From an uncultured Alphaproteobacteria bacterium (GTDB lineage: Bacteria > Pseudomonadota > Alphaproteobacteria > Sphingomonadales > Sphingomonadaceae), in contig OY969615.1 in NCBI GenBank assembly GCA_963701615.1, forward strand, positions 3,212,525 through 3,276,524: DNA of 64,000 bases. The letters are read 5' to 3'. Within the stretch, counting starts at the first letter, position 1; each line of letters opens with the position of its first letter. Of this stretch, positions 1 through 9,109 are shown piece after piece. The notes below the pieces were generated by a model. It had not been told where the DNA came from. It saw nothing but the letters and a program-made list of their open reading frames with translations, and made no database searches. A program made the translations under genes and the position numbers.

Positions 1-849
1 GCCGGCGGCGTCGAACAATTGCGCCGTGACGTCGAAGCCGTCGGCATCGCCGGCATCGCCGCCATGCGACCAGACGACGACGAAGCCGGAGCCGAGCGCG
101 GTCATGCTTGGCGTCAACGGCGCGGATATGGCCGTCATGTTCACCTGCTGCTCGGCCCCGACCTTTGCGCCCAGGGCATCGAAGACCTGGCATTTCACCA
201 CATTGGGCCCAACCCAGGCGACCGCGAAGCCGCCCGAAGCCAAGGCAGTGACGGTTGAGGAGGTCTGGCTTCCGGCGGTGACCGTGTTGGCCAGCAGCTC
301 GCCGCCCACCTTGGCGCCGGCCTGGTCGAAAATCTGCAGCTTGACGCCGAGACCGGGGTCGCCCCCCATCCCGCTGAAATCGCTCCAGCTGACGACGAAG
401 CCGCCGCCGGCGAGCGCCGTGACGGCCGGCGCCAGCTGGATCTCGAAGGTCGCGCTGTTGATCAGGAACTCGCCGCCCGATTTGCTGCCGTCGGCGTTGA
501 AGACCTGCCCCTTGATACCGGAATCGGGGCCGTCGGCGTCATCGCCGTTGAGGTTGGTCCAGGTGACGACGAAACGCCCGCCGTCGAGCGCCGCGGCCTT
601 CGGCTGCCCCTGGAACCCGACCACCGCGGTGTTGACCAGGAATTCGCCGCCCACCTTGTTGCCGTCGGCGTCGAAGCGCTGCGCCTTGATCGCCCCTTCG
701 CTGTTGTCGGCGCTCAGCATGCTATCGTCGACCCAGGTGACGATGAAGCCGCCGGTGCTCAGCGCCGCGACAGAGTTCGAGCCCTGCGCGCCGCTGGTTT
801 CGGTGTTGACCAGGGTCTCCGCGCCCTTGCGCCGGTAAAGCTGCACCAT
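1..849 (-). CDS. 5' part of a large secreted repeat protein (hemolysin/RTX-associated GGEFLVN-type repeats); truncated by window edge
   Basis: My translation from ATG at 849 (after GGGGATAGG): MVQLYRRKGAETLVNTETSGAQG...; open to position 1. About 60-aa repeats of the form GGEFLVNT...ALDGGRFVVTW...GQ.F.ADG.K. Missing from the ORF track because there is no stop in the window. Confidence 0.75.
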   Translation of the reverse strand, partial: MVQLYRRKGAETLVNTETSGAQGSNSVAALSTGGFIVTWVDDSMLSADNSEGAIKAQRFDADGNKVGGEFLVNTAVVGFQGQPKAAALDGGRFVVTWTNLNGDDADGPDSGIKGQVFNADGSKSGGEFLINSATFEIQLAPAVTALAGGGFVVSWSDFSGMGGDPGLGVKLQIFDQAGAKVGGELLANTVTAGSQTSSTVTALASGGFAVAWVGPNVVKCQVFDALGAKVGAEQQVNMTAISAPLTPSMTALGSGFVVVWSHGGDAGDADGFDVTAQLFDAAG

Positions 850-1030
850 TGCCTATCCCCAATTCCTGCCACGCATCGGCGGCATCGCCCATCGCGAAAT
901 TCCGGGAAATCCGTCTTCCGCTGCTGCCCTTTCAGCGGAAATCGACGGAATCGCTATTTTTGTTCGAGCGGAACTTAGACTGTTGAGAATAAGCGTCAAT
1001 TCGGTTTCGACGCCGGCGTGGGACCGGCCG

Positions 1031-4000
1031 TCAGATCACGGTGAAGTCATTCGCCGTGAGGACGGTGCCGGCGCCGAGGCTGGCGAACTGCACCGCGGCC
1101 CCGCCGCCGCTGCCGTCGCCGTCATAATAAAGCGCGCCCGAGGCCTGGTCGTAGACGATCCGGTCGTCGGTTTCCTGGACGGAACCCAAAGCGAACGCGC
1201 CGGCGGCGAGCGCGCCGGGGGGAAGGTCGGCGAACGTCGCGGCGGCGAGCACGATCCGGTCGGTGCCCGACAGGAAATGGGCGATGGTATCGACATTGCC
1301 CGCACCGAGCGCGGTGGTGAAGGCGAAGCTGTCCGCCCCGCCGCCGCCGTCGAGATAATCGGCGCCGCCTTTGCCATCGAGGGTATTGGCGCCGGCATTG
1401 CCGAAGATGCCGTTGGCGATGGAATTGCCGGTGAGGTCGATCGCGCCGGTGCCGCCGAGCGCGGCCGCCGACAGGATCTCCACGTCGGTGTCCGGCGCGA
1501 GGGTGTAGCTCACATTGGTATAGGCGCTGTCGCGGCCTTGCCCGGCCTCCTCGGACAGGATCTCGCCGCCGCTCACGATATGATAGCTGTCGTCGCCGCC
1601 GCCGCCGATCAGGCTGTCGGCCCCGCCGCCGCCGTTGAGGACGTTCGCGCCGGCATTGCCCCACAAAATGTTGGCGAAGGCGTTGCCGGTGAGGTTGATC
1701 GGATCGGTGCCGCCGAGCGATGCCACCGACAGGGTTTCGACCTGGGCCCCGGCGGTAAGCGCATAGCTGACGCTCGCATAAGCGGTGTCGTTGCCGCCGC
1801 CCGCGGCCTCGGACAGGATCTCGCCGCCGCCGATTATGTAGTAAATGTCGTTGCCCAGCCCGCCGACCAAAGTGTCGATCCCGCCGCCGCCATAGAGGAT
1901 GTTGGCGCCGGCATTGCCGTAGATGAAGTTGTTGAGCTCGTTGCCGCCGAAGTTGAGCGCTTCGGTGCCGGTCAGCGAGATGGCGGAGAGGATCTCGACA
2001 TGGCTGCCGGCTGCCAGGCCGTGGCTGAGGCTGGTATAGATGATGTCGCGGCCCTGGCCGGCATTTTCGAAGATGATCTCGCGGCCGTCGGTGACATAAT
2101 AAATGTCGTTGCCGCCGCCGCCGAGCAGCAGGTCGGTGCCGCCGCCGCCCCTCAGGACGTTGGCGCCGGCATTGCCGTAAATCTCCTGGTCGAGCGCATT
2201 CCCCGAAAGCTGCAGCGCACCGGTGCCGCTCAATGAGATGGCGGAGAGAATCTCGACATGGGAGCCCGGGGTCAGGCCGTGGCTGACGCTGGCATAGACG
2301 ATGTCGCGGCCCTCATCGGCATATTCGAGGACGGTCTCCCCGCCGCCGGCGATGTAATAGATGTCGTTGCCGCCCCCGCCGAGCAGCAGGTCGACGCCGC
2401 CGCCGCCCCTCAGGACGTTGGCGCCGGCATTGCCGTAAATCTCGTTGTTGAGCGCGTTCCCCGAAAGCTGGAGCGGGTCGGTCGCGGAGAGCGAGATCGC
2501 CGAGAGGATTTCGACATGGCTGCCCGCGGCCAGGCCGTGGTTGACGCTGGCATAGACGAGGTCGCGGCCGCCGCCCGCCTGTTCGAACACGACTTCGCGG
2601 CCGTCGGTGACGTAATAGACGTCGTCGCCGCCGCCGCCGAACAGGCGGTCCACGCCGCCGCCCCCTCTCAGGATGTTGGCGCCGGCATTGCCGTAGAGGT
2701 CGTTGTCGAGCTCGTTGCCGGTCAGCTGCAGCGGATCGGTCGCGCCCAGCGACGCGGCCGACAGCGTTTCGAGGCCGGCGGTGAGCACGTAGCTGATGCT
2801 GGCATAGACGGTGTCGCGCCCGCCATTGGCGGCCTCGACGATCAGGGCCGCGAGATCGTCGACATAATAGATATCGTCGCCGCCGAAGCCGGTCAGGATG
2901 TCGACGCCGCCGCCGCCGCGGATGACGTTGTTGCCGTCATTGCCCCGGATTTCCTGCGCGAAGCCGTTGCCGACGAGGCTGATGGCGGCGGTGCCGTAGC
3001 GGTTCAGCGTTTCCAGCAGCTCCACTTCGGCATTGCCGAGCCCGTGGCTGGCCGACGCCCGGACGATGTCGTAGCCGCCGCCGACCGCCTCGACGACGAC
3101 GTCGCCGGCATCGTCGACGAGATAGAGGTCGTCGCCCGCCCCGCCGGCCATGACGTCGGCCCCGCCGCCGCCGTCGATCCGGTTGTCGAGATCGTTGCCG
3201 GTCAGCATCTGGGCCCCGGAATCGCCGCTCAGATTCTCGATGTCGGGGAGGCCGGCCAGGCTGAAGCCGGCGAGGCCGGTCCGCACCCAGTCGGTGCCGG
3301 CATCGGCATGCTCGGTGACGACGTCGCCCGCATCGTCGACGAAATAGGTGTCGTCGCCGAGGCCCCCGTCCATCAGGTCGGCGCCGGCGCCGCCCGCAAG
3401 CACATCGTCGCCCGCGCCGCCGAACAGCTGGTCGGTGCCGCCATTGCCGAACAAGCGGTCGTCGCCGCCGAGGCCGTCGAGGAAATCGTCGCCGTCGCCG
3501 CCCGCCAGGTTCTGGCCGGCCAGGGTTCCGGTCAGGCTGACGGTGCCGGCCGGGGTGAGGCCGTAGATGAGATAGGCGGCGCCTGCCGCGAAGCCGGCCT
3601 GATTGTCGCCGCGCGCGGCGACCAGGATCTCGTCCACGCCGTCGAAATTCACGTCCCCGGCCGAGGATACCTGCAGACCGGTCAGGTCGTCGTCCGATTC
3701 GCCCTCGATAATATAGCCGTCGGTCTCGGAGAAGGTGGTGAGGGTGATGGTGCCGAACCCGCCCGACTTGCCGTAGATCACATAGGCCCGTCCCGCCCCC
3801 GCCGGGCCGCCGAACGGCGCCCCCAGGAGAAGGTCGTCATAGCCGTCGCCGTTGACGTCGCCGGCGGACGACACGTCGTAACCGAGGTTCGCATCGCCCA
3901 CGGCGGCCTGGATCCTGAAGCCGTGGACGCCGGTCAGCGAGGCGAGGTCGACCGTCCCGAAGCCGCCCGACTTGCCGAACACCACATAAGCGTTGCCGCC

Positions 4001-4987
4001 CCCGCCCGCGGCGCCGACCAGGATATCCGAGAAGCCGTCGGCATTGACGTCGCCGGCGGCCGAGACGCTGTAGCCGAGCAGGCTGAATGCCGTCGCTCCC
4101 CGGATCACGAACCCGTCCGACGCGCCCAGCGCGCCGAGGTCGATCGTACCGAAGCCACCCGCCTTGCCGAAGATGACATAGGCCCTGCCGGATTCGTTGC
4201 CGTCCTCGCCGTTGACGAAGGCGCCGAGGATGAGGTCGTCATAGCCGTCGCCATTGATATCCTCGAGCCCGGACACCGCCTCGCCGACATGATCGTCCGG
4301 ATTGGCGCCGAGGATGGCGAAGCCGTCGGCGGGGGCCATGGTCTCGACGTTGATCGTGCCGAACCCGCCGGCCTTGCCGAAGATCACATAGGCCGCGCCG
4401 GCATCCTTGCCGGTCGTGTCGTCGCGGTGCGCGCCGACCAGGATATCGTCATATCCGTCGCGGTTGATGTCGCCGGCCGCGGCAATGCCGAGCCCGGCGA
4501 CGTCGTCGGCAAAGTTGCCGCGGATCGCGAAACCGTCGCCCGGCGCCAGATGGGCGAGGTCGACCGCGCCGTAGCCGTCGGTCCGGCCGAACAGCACATA
4601 GACCTGCCCGGCGAAAAAATGCTCGCGCGGCGAGCCGATGAGGAAATCGTCGAAACCGTCGCCATTGACGTCGCCGGCCGACGAGACCAACTCGCCGGCC
4701 ATCGCCCCGGTGTCAGGCCCCGGGATGACGAAGCCCTGCTCGGCGGTCAGGTTGGCGAGGTCGACGGCGCCGAAGGCATTGCCCGCCTGGCCGAAAAGCA
4801 GATAGGTCGCGCCGCTTGTGTCGTGGACGGCGTCGGTCCAGGCCGCGCCGATCAGGAAATCGCCGATGCCGTCGCCGTTGACGTCGCCGGCCAGCGACAC
4901 GTCCATGCCGAGATTGGCATAAGGAAAGGTGCCGCGATAGGCGACCCCCCGGCTGCCCAGGCTGGCAAGATAGACGAATGCCGCCAC
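1031..4987 (-). CDS. FG-GAP (integrin-alpha-like beta-propeller) repeat protein with RTX Ca-binding repeats; probable T1SS substrate/adhesin
   Basis: 1318-aa ORF; repeated AGDVNGDGxxDxxxGA units, GGxGxD nonapeptides, about 66-aa tandem modules, C-terminal YDxxxGALYYDxDG..F..L tail; GTG start after GGGGGATTC. Confidence 0.9.
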   Translation of the reverse strand: MAAFVYLASLGSRGVAYRGTFPYANLGMDVSLAGDVNGDGIGDFLIGAAWTDAVHDTSGATYLLFGQAGNAFGAVDLANLTAEQGFVIPGPDTGAMAGELVSSAGDVNGDGFDDFLIGSPREHFFAGQVYVLFGRTDGYGAVDLAHLAPGDGFAIRGNFADDVAGLGIAAAGDINRDGYDDILVGAHRDDTTGKDAGAAYVIFGKAGGFGTINVETMAPADGFAILGANPDDHVGEAVSGLEDINGDGYDDLILGAFVNGEDGNESGRAYVIFGKAGGFGTIDLGALGASDGFVIRGATAFSLLGYSVSAAGDVNADGFSDILVGAAGGGGNAYVVFGKSGGFGTVDLASLTGVHGFRIQAAVGDANLGYDVSSAGDVNGDGYDDLLLGAPFGGPAGAGRAYVIYGKSGGFGTITLTTFSETDGYIIEGESDDDLTGLQVSSAGDVNFDGVDEILVAARGDNQAGFAAGAAYLIYGLTPAGTVSLTGTLAGQNLAGGDGDDFLDGLGGDDRLFGNGGTDQLFGGAGDDVLAGGAGADLMDGGLGDDTYFVDDAGDVVTEHADAGTDWVRTGLAGFSLAGLPDIENLSGDSGAQMLTGNDLDNRIDGGGGADVMAGGAGDDLYLVDDAGDVVVEAVGGGYDIVRASASHGLGNAEVELLETLNRYGTAAISLVGNGFAQEIRGNDGNNVIRGGGGVDILTGFGGDDIYYVDDLAALIVEAANGGRDTVYASISYVLTAGLETLSAASLGATDPLQLTGNELDNDLYGNAGANILRGGGGVDRLFGGGGDDVYYVTDGREVVFEQAGGGRDLVYASVNHGLAAGSHVEILSAISLSATDPLQLSGNALNNEIYGNAGANVLRGGGGVDLLLGGGGNDIYYIAGGGETVLEYADEGRDIVYASVSHGLTPGSHVEILSAISLSGTGALQLSGNALDQEIYGNAGANVLRGGGGTDLLLGGGGNDIYYVTDGREIIFENAGQGRDIIYTSLSHGLAAGSHVEILSAISLTGTEALNFGGNELNNFIYGNAGANILYGGGGIDTLVGGLGNDIYYIIGGGEILSEAAGGGNDTAYASVSYALTAGAQVETLSVASLGGTDPINLTGNAFANILWGNAGANVLNGGGGADSLIGGGGDDSYHIVSGGEILSEEAGQGRDSAYTNVSYTLAPDTDVEILSAAALGGTGAIDLTGNSIANGIFGNAGANTLDGKGGADYLDGGGGADSFAFTTALGAGNVDTIAHFLSGTDRIVLAAATFADLPPGALAAGAFALGSVQETDDRIVYDQASGALYYDGDGSGGGAAVQFASLGAGTVLTANDFTVI

Positions 4988-5017
4988 GAATCCCCCCGCA
5001 GACGAAAGACAGGTCGT

Positions 5018-5034
5018 GGTAACAATTGCTTAGC
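5018..5034. promoter_or_regulatory. GGTAA-N7-TTAGC dyad (CtrA-like spacing) upstream of the FG-GAP/RTX gene
   Basis: GGTAA CAATTGC TTAGC; similar site at 52477-52493. Confidence 0.3.
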
Positions 5035-5186
5035 GGCCACGATAGCCAAAAAAGGGAGGTGATCAGCAGCCGGCGATGAAGATCCGGTGGCGGGCGGTCT
5101 CGCCGCTCATCGCGCTCTCCTTGCCGGAACAATCGCCGGGTTGCCGCGCTGTTCCAGGGACCAAGAACGCAGGAGCGGAGACGGAC

Positions 5187-5402
5187 ATGATCGGCAAGCT
5201 GATCGGCGCAGGCATCGGACGGCGGATCGCCGGACGCCAGGAGGGAATGAAGGGGATGCTGCTCGGCGCCGCCGCGCCCTGGCTGCTGCGCCGCGCCTTC
5301 ACCCCGCTGGGCGTCGCCGCGCTCGGCGCCTACGGCGCCAAGAAGTTGTGGGACCGCCGCCGCGCCCGGCGCGCGGCGCCGGAGCCGGCTGCCCAGATCT
5401 GA
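5187..5402 (+). CDS. small hypothetical membrane-associated protein (71 aa)
   Basis: MIGKLIGAGIGRRIAG...; GGAG upstream; GC3-rich codons. Confidence 0.7.
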   Translation: MIGKLIGAGIGRRIAGRQEGMKGMLLGAAAPWLLRRAFTPLGVAALGAYGAKKLWDRRRARRAAPEPAAQI

Positions 5403-5413
5403 AGCGTCGCGCC

Positions 5414-5496
5414 GTCATTCCGGCGAAAGCCGGAATCTCGCTTCTTTGGCGGCGGCTGTTCGGGAAAAACGGGCTTCCGGCTTTCGCTGGAATGAC
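5414..5496. repeat. REP-like palindromic element, family 1 (GTCATyCCGGCGAAAGCCGG...CCGGCTTTCGCyGGrATGAC)
   Basis: Terminal inverted arms visible; lies between convergent genes. Confidence 0.85.
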
Positions 5497-5534
5497 GGCG
5501 AATGGTGCCGCCGGAATGACGGAATTGGCGCTGC

Positions 5535-7490
5535 CTAGGTTTCCGGTTGCGGCTCCTCCTTGGGCGCGGTCGGCGGCGGCAGCACGACCTCCGGTATATC
5601 GGGATTTTCCGGCGCGCCGGGCGGCGGCTCGGCCGGGGGCGGCGGCTCGGCCGCCTGGGCGTTGTCGATAACGTTGGCGGGCTCCGGCTCGCGGTCGGCC
5701 TGGTAGAGCGGCACGGCGGCAACCGGCTGGGCGGCGGTGGTGCCGAGCGCCTCGGCCATGAAACGGTGCCAGACCCGGGCGGGCAGGCCGCCGCCGGCGG
5801 TGCCGGGCAGCGGGCTGTTGTCGTCATTGCCGATCCACACCCCGACGACGAGGTCGCCGGCGAAGCCGACGAACAGGGCGTCGCGATAGTCGGAGGTGGT
5901 GCCGGTCTTGCCGAAGGTCGGCACCGGCAGGGCGGCGGCGCGGCCGGTGCCGCTGTTGACCACCGCATAGAGGACGTCGCGCAGCATCGGGAAGGCGCGG
6001 TCGCGGTTGACCGGATGATCGCTTCCGCCCCAGCCGAACCAGCCGCCCCGCTCCGCCGGCAGGCCGTGCGGGCGGATCGGGTAGCGGCCGGAAGCGACCG
6101 CCGCATAAGCCGCGGTCAGCTCCAGGAGGGTGGTGTTGTTGACCCCCAGCGGCAGGCTCGGATCGGGGCGCAGCCTCGTCGTGATGCCCAGGTCGCGGGC
6201 GGCGCGGATGACGTTGTCGCGGCCGACCCGCTCGGAAATCTGCACCGCCACCGAATTGCTCGACCGGGCGACCGCTTCCCTTAGCGTCATCCGGCCGTGA
6301 TAGGAATCGCCGTAATTGCGCGGCTGCCAGTTGCCGAGCCGGATCGGCGTGTCGCTGACCGGCGTCTCCGGCGTCAGGCCGGCGCGGAAGGCGGCGAGAT
6401 AGACGAACAATTTGAACGCCGAGCCGGGCTGGCGGCGGGCCTGGACGGCGCGGTTGAACGGGCTCGTCGCATAATCCTTGCCGCCGACCATCGCCACCAC
6501 CCGGCCGTCGAGCCGCATCGCCACCAGCGCCGCCTGGGCGCGCCCCAAACCGGCGCGGCGGATGGTGCGGACGGCGAGGCGCTGGAGGTCGCCTTCCAGC
6601 GTGGTCTGGACGAGGCGCTGGCCGTAGCCGTCCTCGGCGAGCTCGCTGGCCTGGGGCAGCACCCAGTCGGCGAAATAGGTGCCCGTGGGCACGTCGTCGC
6701 CCGGGCCGCGGCGGACCCGGGCCGGCCGCGCCTCGGCCCGCTCCTCCTCGCTGATATAGCCGATCTCGGCCATCGCCCGCAGCACCAGCCGCGCCCGCGC
6801 CCGCGCGCCGTCGAGATTGGTGGTCGGCGCGAGCCGGCTGGGGGCGTTGACGACGCCCGCCAGCATCGCCGACTGGGCCAGCGTCAGATCCTCGGGATCG
6901 ACGTTGAAATAATGGCGGGCGGCGGCGCGCAGGCCGTAGACATTGTCGCCGAAATAGACGTTCGACAAATAACGGCTGAGGATCTCCTCCTTGGTCAGCC
7001 ACGCTTCCAGCCAGAGGGCGATCAGCGCCTCCTGCGCCTTGCGGATGGCGGTTCGGTCGGGGCTCAAAAAGCTGGTCTTGGCGAGCTGCTGGCTGATCGT
7101 GCTGCCGCCCTCGCGGACCCGGCCGGCGCGCAGGTTGCGCCACATCGCCCGGCCGATGCCCCAGGGGTCGATGCCGACATGGCGGAAGAAGCGCCGGTCT
7201 TCGATGGCGAGGAAGGCCTGGCCGACATGGGGCGGCAGGGCCATGACGTCGACCGGCTCGCCGATGATCGCGCCGCGCCGGGCGATCGGCTCGCCCTCGG
7301 CGGAAAGGATGGTGAGGCTGGGCGCCGCCACCGGCCCCAGCGAGCGCGACAAGGGCGCGGTGATCGTCAGCCACAGCACCGCGAGCACGAACAGCAAGGC
7401 GGCGATCTTGAGCGCGCGCCTGACCATCCGGACGCGGGACAGGGGCGGCTGGTCGGGGGCCGGGGCTGCGGCGGTCGCGTCGGCGGTCAT
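5535..7490 (-). CDS. class A penicillin-binding protein (transglycosylase/transpeptidase, PBP1A family)
   Basis: EDRRFF, GGSTISQQLAK, RKAQE, YLSNVYFG transglycosylase motifs; SAFK, SSN, KTGT transpeptidase motifs; N-terminal TM helix. Confidence 0.92.
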   Translation of the reverse strand: MTADATAAAPAPDQPPLSRVRMVRRALKIAALLFVLAVLWLTITAPLSRSLGPVAAPSLTILSAEGEPIARRGAIIGEPVDVMALPPHVGQAFLAIEDRRFFRHVGIDPWGIGRAMWRNLRAGRVREGGSTISQQLAKTSFLSPDRTAIRKAQEALIALWLEAWLTKEEILSRYLSNVYFGDNVYGLRAAARHYFNVDPEDLTLAQSAMLAGVVNAPSRLAPTTNLDGARARARLVLRAMAEIGYISEEERAEARPARVRRGPGDDVPTGTYFADWVLPQASELAEDGYGQRLVQTTLEGDLQRLAVRTIRRAGLGRAQAALVAMRLDGRVVAMVGGKDYATSPFNRAVQARRQPGSAFKLFVYLAAFRAGLTPETPVSDTPIRLGNWQPRNYGDSYHGRMTLREAVARSSNSVAVQISERVGRDNVIRAARDLGITTRLRPDPSLPLGVNNTTLLELTAAYAAVASGRYPIRPHGLPAERGGWFGWGGSDHPVNRDRAFPMLRDVLYAVVNSGTGRAAALPVPTFGKTGTTSDYRDALFVGFAGDLVVGVWIGNDDNSPLPGTAGGGLPARVWHRFMAEALGTTAAQPVAAVPLYQADREPEPANVIDNAQAAEPPPPAEPPPGAPENPDIPEVVLPPPTAPKEEPQPET

Positions 7491-7500
7491 GGCGCCTCTA

Positions 7501-7770
7501 GGGTCTGCACTCACAACTGGAGGTGGCCGTGATCGGCCGGGGAAGGCGGCTGGGCAGGAGAGCGCCGCCGGGCGGGCCGGGCAGCCCGTCCAAGGCGTTC
7601 GACGCCCCCAGCCGGCTTCCCCGGCCGACCGCGAAGCGGCGGATTGTCCTTTGCCGCCCGGACGGCGTCGCTCGATCGGTCACGATGAATCTTCATCGCT
7701 CCCTCCTCACTCCTTGCCGGACAACAAATGCCAACCCGTCACGACCGCCTCCAGTTGTGAGTGCAGACCC
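7501..7770. mobile_element. MITE-like element A (270 bp, 32-bp terminal inverted repeats, TA on both sides)
   Basis: Left GGGTCTGCACTCACAACTGGAGGTGGCCGTGA vs right TCACGACCGCCTCCAGTTGTGAGTGCAGACCC (2 mismatches); TA at 7499-7500 and 7771-7772. Confidence 0.75.
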
Positions 7771-7794
7771 TACCAGCATGTTGGTTCGCCATGA

Positions 7795-8910
7795 TCAAGC
7801 GCCGAGCAGCCGTTCCGGGCGAATTTGCGCCGGGTTCACGCCCGCCACCGGCCAGGCCTTGCCGAGGATCAGCGCCTCGGCGATCTCGGCCATGGCCGGC
7901 GCGGTCTGGAGGCCGTAGCCGCCCTGACCGGCGAGCCAGAAGAAGCCGGGCGCGCCGGGCGCGAAGCCCGCGGTCGGAACGCGGTCGGCGGCGAAGGTGC
8001 GAAGCCCGGCCCAGCGATGGGCGATACGGGCGACCTTGAGGCTGGTATAATGTTCCAGCCGGTCGGCGGCGAGGGCGACGTCATATTCGTCCGGCGCGGC
8101 GTCGCAGGGGTCGGCTCCGACCTCGTCGACCGGCGAAGCCAGGATCTGGCCCGCCTCCGGCAGCATGTAGAAATCGCCCGCCGCGCTGTGGGTGAAGGGC
8201 CAGCCGCGGGGGTCGATGCCGGCGGGCGGATCGACGACGATGATGGTGCGGCGCTTCGGCTCGAGGCCGAGCGGCGTCACGCCGGCGAGCGCCGCGATCG
8301 CATCCGCCCAGGCGCCCGCGGCATTGACGAGGATCGGCGCGGAAAAGGCTTCGCCCGAGCCGCCGCGCGCGATCCATTTCTCCTCCTTCCGCTCCAGTGA
8401 GGCGATGCGGCGGCCGGTGAGGATGCGGCCATCGGCGTCACGGACCGCGCGGGCGAAGGAGTGGAGCAGGGCGTCGGCGTCGAGCTTGAGGCCGGTCGGG
8501 TCGAGCAGCCCGCGCACGGCGCCGGTGAGGACCGGGCAGAGCGATGCCATTTCCGCCGGGCCGACCGGGCGGATGGCGTCGGTGAACGCCGCCATCGCGG
8601 CCTCGAGCGCGGCCAGCGCCGGCAACGCGTCCTCGGCGGCGAAGTAGAGCGAAGGCACGGTCCGCGCGATCGGGGTGGCGCAGAAGCCCTCGGGCTGGCT
8701 TTCGAAGAACGGCCGGCTGTGGGCGGTGAGGGCGCGGACGGCGGCGTTGCCGATGCCGTAATGGCTGAACGAGACGCTGCGGCCGGACGAATGGTAGCCG
8801 AGCGCGTCCTCGGCCTCGAGCACGATCACGCGCCCGTGCCGCGCCAGCCGGGCGGCCGCCGAAAGCCCGGCAATGCCGCCGCCGATGATCAGGAAGTCCG
8901 CGCCGTCCAC
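7795..8910 (-). CDS. FAD-dependent oxidoreductase (DAO / D-amino-acid dehydrogenase family)
   Basis: IIGGGIAG dinucleotide-binding motif, VNAAGAWAD, WAGLR, GQGGYGLQTAPA. Confidence 0.9.
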   Translation of the reverse strand: MDGADFLIIGGGIAGLSAAARLARHGRVIVLEAEDALGYHSSGRSVSFSHYGIGNAAVRALTAHSRPFFESQPEGFCATPIARTVPSLYFAAEDALPALAALEAAMAAFTDAIRPVGPAEMASLCPVLTGAVRGLLDPTGLKLDADALLHSFARAVRDADGRILTGRRIASLERKEEKWIARGGSGEAFSAPILVNAAGAWADAIAALAGVTPLGLEPKRRTIIVVDPPAGIDPRGWPFTHSAAGDFYMLPEAGQILASPVDEVGADPCDAAPDEYDVALAADRLEHYTSLKVARIAHRWAGLRTFAADRVPTAGFAPGAPGFFWLAGQGGYGLQTAPAMAEIAEALILGKAWPVAGVNPAQIRPERLLGA

Positions 8911-8915
8911 GACTA

Positions 8916-9103
8916 GGGCCTGCCCTCGGCCCCGGAGGCAGCCGTGATCGTTCCCCGGCCGACCGCGAAGCGGCGGGTTGGCATTTGCCGCCCAGCGTCG
9001 TCGTTCGATCGGTCACGATGAATCATCATCGCTCCCTCCTCTCTCCTGTCTGGACAACAAATGCCAACCCGTCTCGGCCGCCTCCGGGACCGAGGGCAGG
9101 CCC
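8916..9103. mobile_element. MITE-like element B (188 bp) sharing an about 120-bp core with element A
   Basis: Left GGGCCTGCCCTCGGCCCCGGAGGCAGCCGTGA vs right TCTCGGCCGCCTCCGGGACCGAGGGCAGGCCC (3 mismatches); core 8952-9071 matches 7617-7738. Confidence 0.7.
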
Positions 9104-9109
9104 TGCGCG

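Noticed and set aside
1700-3000. About 200-bp tandem DNA repeats as a CRISPR-like array
   Set aside because: They are in-frame coding modules of the RTX protein; no repeat-spacer structure and no cas genes.
7501-9103. Active composite transposon carrying the oxidoreductase
   Set aside because: The outer arms belong to different variants (about 9/32 mismatches), there is no shared outer duplication beyond TA/TG, and no transposase is in the window.
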